Source of the DNA: Armatimonadota bacterium
GTDB lineage: Bacteria; Armatimonadota; HRBIN16
Direction: 5' to 3'
DNA length: 35,599 bases
NCBI GenBank assembly: GCA_028275265.1
Contig: JAPWUZ010000001.1
Location: forward strand, 1-35,599
The position numbers and the translations under genes are program-made. Every line of letters begins with the position of its first letter. Position 1 is the stretch's first letter. Of the stretch, positions 31,732-35,599 are shown piece after piece. Under the pieces are notes generated by a model. It worked only from the letters and a program-made list of their open reading frames with translations, had not been told where the DNA came from and did no database searches.

Positions 31732-33837
31732 TCACCGTAAGGCGCGTTCACATTCCTGCCGCAGCTCCTCCAGAGCACGCTCGCGTTCGGCGGTGCGGGG
31801 CATCGCCTGCGCCATCGGGTTCTTTTCGCGGGCGTCACGGTCTGCGTCCAGTATCTGCAGGGCACGGGCGTACAGTTCGCGCACCCCGCGCTGCGGTTTG
31901 CCCTGACGCTTCGCTATCCGGGCCAGCCCCGCATAGGCGAAGGCGTATTCCACCTCAGGCAGCTCGGGAATGGCGCGCACCTGATGATACATGCTCGACT
32001 CCACCCTGAGCATCTGCCGATACACCGCCTCTGCCTCCTGTAGTTTACCCTGTCTCTCCAGCGTTGTGCCCAGCTCGGTCATCACGCGCAGGGCGTGCGG
32101 GTCCAGCTGCAGAGCGCGACGGTATGCGTCGGCGGCTCGTTCCAGGTCGCCCAGCACATCCCGATACAGGTTGCCCAGATGATACCACGTTTTGGAGAGC
32201 GGCATCAGTTCTGCCGAGCGGCGCAGTGTCCGTTCGGCTTCTGCGGCGCGTGAAGCATCACCCGCCCGAGCCATACCCAGATACAGCATCCCCAAACTCA
32301 GGTAGTGGTCGCCGTTGAAGGGTTCCCATCGCAGGGCACGCTGGTAGCCCTGCTCGTCAACAATACCCTGCGACAGGTTCCAGTTCGCGCTGTTCGCCTG
32401 AAGGGCACCCCCCATGCGCAGGGTCAAAACCACACAGGCAACCGCCAGCAGGGCGGTATGGGCAACATAGAGGCGCGTCAACTTCACCCCCTGCCCACTC
32501 TCATGCAGGGTCAGCGACAGCATCAGCCCCACGACCGCCCAGAAGGTCAACAGGCAGGCGAAGATATACCAGTCGGAGTCTATCAGGTTGCGCGCCAGCC
32601 CAGCGGCAATCGCCCCTGCCAGTCCCGCGCGGAGCACGCGGGGGTCAACGGGCATACCCGTACTGTCCGCGTCTACGGGGTTCGCAGGGCTTGCTTCCGC
32701 GCGCAAAACCCCCCACGCCAGTACCCCCAGTGTGCCCAGCAGGAGAAGCAGCGCAGGTACGCCTGACTCCGCCGCAATCTGCAGGTAGGAGTTGTGCGCC
32801 AGACGGGTGAAGCCCACGTAGGCATAGCGGGGATAGGCGATTTCGTATGTCCCAAGCCCTGTGCCCCATAGTGGGTGTGCCCGCACCATGCCCATGGTGC
32901 CGCGCCACGTCCACACCCTGAAGCCGCCCGAGTGTTCGCCTGCCTGAGCCGCCTGTGGCGTGACGCGGGCGGTCAGTGAGCGGGCGGTGAACAACGCCGT
33001 GCCCAGAACCGCCAGGCATACCCCTGCAAACAGCAGGGCGCGCTGGCGATTCCACGACCGATTCCACACCATCCAGCCCGCCGACACCACCAGCGCAAGC
33101 ACCGCGCTCGCCGTGCCGAATCGCGAACCCGTGAGCAATATCGCCACCATCTGCATCCACGCCCAGAAAGCCAGCAGCCAGCGCAGCTCTTTCCTGTCCC
33201 CAGCCAAAGCGACAGCCAGTGCGAGAGTGACGGGCATGGTCAGACACAGATACCCCGCCAGAAAGTTCGGATTGAAGAAGGTTCCAAACACGCGCCAGTC
33301 GGGCACGGTGCGCACGTTCTCGGCGTACTCGCGCATGGCGAAAGCAGCCGCAAGCGTGCCTGCCATCGCCAGCGCAAGACCTGTCGCCCACACCGATTCC
33401 GCCTGTCTTTGCGCGAAAAGCCACGCCGCCGCGATAGCCAATGCCCAGTAACTCCACGCGACCACTGTGCCCCATCGGTACCACGAGAACAGAACCGAAG
33501 CCAGCATCCAGACCAGCAACGCAGTCGCCATCACACGTGCCGGTAGCGGTATGGGGTCAGCGCCCACGGGGTGTTTTCGCCACTCCCAGACCACAGCAGC
33601 AAGCACGAGTAAGGCAATCACCCAGATAGCCACCGGCAGCAGGGTTCCTGTGGTAAACAGGGCAGTGATGACTCCCCGCAGGGAAGGTTCCACCGGTTCG
33701 CCGCCCACCTCCAGCCGACCGGCGGTCAGCGGCGCGAGTACCAGGGCGATACTTAAAAGCCATGTGGAAAGGTCGACCTCCCGACGCTGGGGTTGCACCG
33801 ATGCGGATGGCTTTTTGCTTAGACCCTTTTTCTTCAT
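31732..33837 (-). CDS. O-antigen ligase / Wzy-like polytopic membrane protein with a C-terminal TPR domain
   Basis: About 10 TM helices, Wzy_C-like 'LLTGSRFGTASAVLALVV', and TPR-like 'YHLGNLYRDVLGDLERAADAYRRALQLDPHALRVMTELGTTLERQGKLQEAEAVYRQML'. I chose ATG 33837 ('MKKKGLSKKP'). The ORF-track extension overlaps the upstream GT2 gene. Confidence 0.8.
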   Translation of the reverse strand: MKKKGLSKKPSASVQPQRREVDLSTWLLSIALVLAPLTAGRLEVGGEPVEPSLRGVITALFTTGTLLPVAIWVIALLVLAAVVWEWRKHPVGADPIPLPARVMATALLVWMLASVLFSWYRWGTVVAWSYWALAIAAAWLFAQRQAESVWATGLALAMAGTLAAAFAMREYAENVRTVPDWRVFGTFFNPNFLAGYLCLTMPVTLALAVALAGDRKELRWLLAFWAWMQMVAILLTGSRFGTASAVLALVVSAGWMVWNRSWNRQRALLFAGVCLAVLGTALFTARSLTARVTPQAAQAGEHSGGFRVWTWRGTMGMVRAHPLWGTGLGTYEIAYPRYAYVGFTRLAHNSYLQIAAESGVPALLLLLGTLGVLAWGVLRAEASPANPVDADSTGMPVDPRVLRAGLAGAIAAGLARNLIDSDWYIFACLLTFWAVVGLMLSLTLHESGQGVKLTRLYVAHTALLAVACVVLTLRMGGALQANSANWNLSQGIVDEQGYQRALRWEPFNGDHYLSLGMLYLGMARAGDASRAAEAERTLRRSAELMPLSKTWYHLGNLYRDVLGDLERAADAYRRALQLDPHALRVMTELGTTLERQGKLQEAEAVYRQMLRVESSMYHQVRAIPELPEVEYAFAYAGLARIAKRQGKPQRGVRELYARALQILDADRDAREKNPMAQAMPRTAERERALEELRQECERALR

Positions 33838-33917
33838 GTGTTCTGGGTTCACCAGAGAATGGCAAGGCTCCTGCCGGGTTGTCAGTGCCCCATCGTTCCC
33901 TGAAAGGCAGGGCAGGG

Positions 33918-34814
33918 CTACCTTCCCAGTACCTTCAGGCGAATGGCTATCCAGTAGTTCCGCGCGATGAGCAGGTTCGCCCGCAGCCACAATCCCAGCG
34001 GAATCAGCAGACGGCTCCACACGGGCAACCGACGGGCGTAGTGTTTCTGGAAGAACAGCCGATGACTCCGGTGGAACTGCCGGATCATGGCGTTGACCAC
34101 CTTGTCGCTGCTGCGCCCGATGGCGTGTGTTACTACCGCTTCGGGATGGTACACCACCTTCCAGCCCATCTCGTGCGCCCGCCAGCACAGGTCCACATCC
34201 TCGCAGTACATGAAGAACTGCTCATCGAAGCCGCGCAGCTGCTGCCATGCCTCACGCCGAACCAACATCGCACAGCCGGATACCCAGTCCACCTCTATCG
34301 TGTGCGCGTGGTCGAAGTCGGTCATCAGGTAGTCGCGCACGAAGCGGTTCTGGGGAAACAGCCTGCCCAAAAAGGTGTTGCGGAACAGCCCTGCCTCGTA
34401 GACGGGGAAGCGGCGGCAGGAGTACTGCAGGGAGCCGTCGGGGTTCAGTACCTTCGGCGCGATAATGCCGATGTCGGGATGGGCATCGGCATAGTCCACC
34501 AGTGCCTTGATGGAGCCCATATGCGCGGTGGCGTCGGGGTTGAGCAGCATCAGATAGCGTCCCTGCGCAAGCTGCGCCGCGCGGTTGTGCGCTTTGCCGA
34601 AGCCCTCGTTCAGGCGGTTTTCAATGAGCTTCACTTCCGGGAACTCGCGCTTGACCATCGCCACGCTATCGTCCCACGAAGCGTTGTCCACTACGATAAT
34701 CTCCAGCTGCACGCCCGGATGGTGCGACGGTTGCAGCGAGCGCAGACACTCGCGCAGGTCGTCGCGCGTGTTCCAGTTGACCACAATCACGCTCACATCA
34801 GGCTTTTCGTTCAC
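33918..34814 (-). CDS. Family 2 glycosyltransferase (rhamnosyltransferase-like)
   Basis: 'VSVIVVNWNTRDDLRECLRSL', 'IIVVDNASWDDS' and 'FMYCEDVDLCWR' are typical of GT2 WbbL-like enzymes. The GTG start overlaps the upstream GT2 by 17 nt. Confidence 0.85.
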   Translation of the reverse strand: MNEKPDVSVIVVNWNTRDDLRECLRSLQPSHHPGVQLEIIVVDNASWDDSVAMVKREFPEVKLIENRLNEGFGKAHNRAAQLAQGRYLMLLNPDATAHMGSIKALVDYADAHPDIGIIAPKVLNPDGSLQYSCRRFPVYEAGLFRNTFLGRLFPQNRFVRDYLMTDFDHAHTIEVDWVSGCAMLVRREAWQQLRGFDEQFFMYCEDVDLCWRAHEMGWKVVYHPEAVVTHAIGRSSDKVVNAMIRQFHRSHRLFFQKHYARRLPVWSRLLIPLGLWLRANLLIARNYWIAIRLKVLGR

Positions 34815-35599
34815 GCTGCCAGCCCTCGCGCCCCTTGCCCAGCGTGCGCAGCCAGGCGTTCAGGGAGATACTCGTCATTATCCACCAGTATATCGGTTTC
34901 GCCAGCCGCTGTCGGTAGTGCTTCTGATAGAACTTCTGCAGGGAGCGATGCGATTCCCATATCATCTGCGGGCGCACCTGCCGCGTGCTCGCCCCACCGT
35001 GGTGGATGATAACCACCCCAGGATGAAAAACAATCTTCCAGCCTCGTCCCTTCGCCCGATAGCACCAGTCCACCTCGTTAAAGAAGATGGGGAACTGCTC
35101 GTCCATCAGCCCGACATCCTCTACCGCCCGCCGCGACAGCATCAGGAACGTGCCCATCGGCTGGTCTACCTCCGCAATCTGGTCATAGGTGAACCACGTC
35201 ATGCGGTAGGCACCGAAGCGGCGCGAGCGGGGGAACAGCTTCGCCAATCCCAAATACTCCCACAGCACCGCCTGCGGTTCCGGGAAGGCGCGCACCGAAC
35301 GCTGCACGCGCCCGTCGGGGTGGATGAGCTTCGCGCCCAGCGCGCCCACCTCGGGATGCGCCTGCATGTACTGCACGGCGGTATCCAGCGCCCCTTCGGT
35401 GACCTCTGTGTCGGGGTTGAGCAGGAGAAGATACTCGCCCTGCGCCTGCTGAATCAGCCGGTTGTTGCCCGTCGCGTAGCCCAGGTTGCAGTCTGAGGCG
35501 ATAAGATGCACTTCGGGAAACTCCTGCTGCACCATCGCTGCGCTGTCGTCGCGGGAGGCGTTGTCCAGCACCCACACCTCCATCGTCTCGGCGGGGGGG
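34798..35599 (-). CDS. Family 2 glycosyltransferase, N-terminus cut by the window edge
   Basis: 'VWVLDNASRDDS', 'LLLNPDTEV' and 'FFNEVDWCYRAKGRGWKIVFHPGVVIIHHGG'. The usual 'VSIIIVNYN' N-terminal strand is missing, so the gene must start beyond 35599. Confidence 0.8.
   Translation of the reverse strand, partial: PPAETMEVWVLDNASRDDSAAMVQQEFPEVHLIASDCNLGYATGNNRLIQQAQGEYLLLLNPDTEVTEGALDTAVQYMQAHPEVGALGAKLIHPDGRVQRSVRAFPEPQAVLWEYLGLAKLFPRSRRFGAYRMTWFTYDQIAEVDQPMGTFLMLSRRAVEDVGLMDEQFPIFFNEVDWCYRAKGRGWKIVFHPGVVIIHHGGASTRQVRPQMIWESHRSLQKFYQKHYRQRLAKPIYWWIMTSISLNAWLRTLGKGREGWQRERKA

Noticed and set aside
33838-34188. 117-aa N-terminal extension of the O-antigen-ligase-like ORF
   Set aside because: It overlaps the 3' 271 nt of the upstream GT2 gene and is low-complexity. 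The ATG at 33837 ('MKKKGLSKKP') precedes the first TM helix.
33762-35009. 415-aa plus-strand ORF across the GT2 genes. The same reasoning covers the other long shadow ORFs (23814-24821, 24016-24864, 5089-5784, 8117-8911, 10741-11544, 27678-28505).
   Set aside because: All are alternative or antisense frames of genes with strong family motifs. High GC suppresses stop codons in non-coding frames.
1-35599. Scan for CRISPR arrays, tRNA/rRNA genes, RT/retron or DGR components, toxin-antitoxin pairs and known defence gene signatures
   Set aside because: I saw no regularly spaced direct repeats, no cloverleaf-like or rRNA-like segments in the few intergenic gaps, and no RT, Cas, helicase-nuclease or TA-like small gene pairs. 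Uma2 alone is not evidence of a defence system.

Overview
This is a high-GC (about 60% by eye), densely coding bacterial chromosomal window. I found no rRNA, tRNA, CRISPR array or intact insertion sequence.

Layout:
1. 1-993: the 3' part of a ThuA-like gene and a DUF1003 membrane protein.
2. 998-4465 (-): a 1155-aa single-polypeptide GH18-like / CE4 deacetylase / GT2 synthase, resembling a PNAG-type exopolysaccharide machine. It is transcribed divergently from block 3.
3. 4640-13257 (+): a flagellar hook/stator/switch operon, fliK-flgD-(TIGR02530-like ORF)-flgE-flbD-motA-motB-fliL-fliM-fliY-fliO. The gene order resembles Firmicutes, Thermotogae and spirochaetes. It stops at fliO with no fliPQR.
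4. 21804-13264 (-): one long co-oriented string. It runs RACo-like 2Fe-2S/ASKHA protein, URO-D-fold protein, frame-broken RAYT-type (IS200-like Y1) transposase, flhG, glgA, a small membrane ORF, fliA (sigma-28) and anmK.
5. 22202-28852: an accessory-looking block. It holds a LolA-like/TlpA-like fusion, a Uma2 nuclease, a 914-aa secreted protein of unknown function, a C-N hydrolase and a BadF-type sugar kinase.
6. 35599-28873 (-): an envelope-glycan operon, GT2-GT2-(Wzy-like ligase with TPR tail)-(950-aa BatA_N/VWA protein).

I could not recognise a discrete, clearly novel system such as a defence island, RT, Cas or toxin module. The observations I rate highest are:
- a nearly identical bipartite sigma-28-like promoter motif upstream of both fliK and fliL;
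- glgA translationally overlapped with an flhG that has an atypical P-loop, inside the flhG...fliA regulatory string, with anmK 4 nt behind fliA;
- a RAYT-type gene whose frame breaks inside a cluster of GC hairpins, one of which shares its stem with an intergenic hairpin 4.8 kb away;
- the three-domain EPS enzyme sharing a 174-bp divergent control region with the flagellar operon.

All functional calls come from reading motifs in the supplied translations. No database search was run. The ORF track reports GTG/TTG starts as M, and I re-picked several starts using RBS position and neighbouring stop codons.
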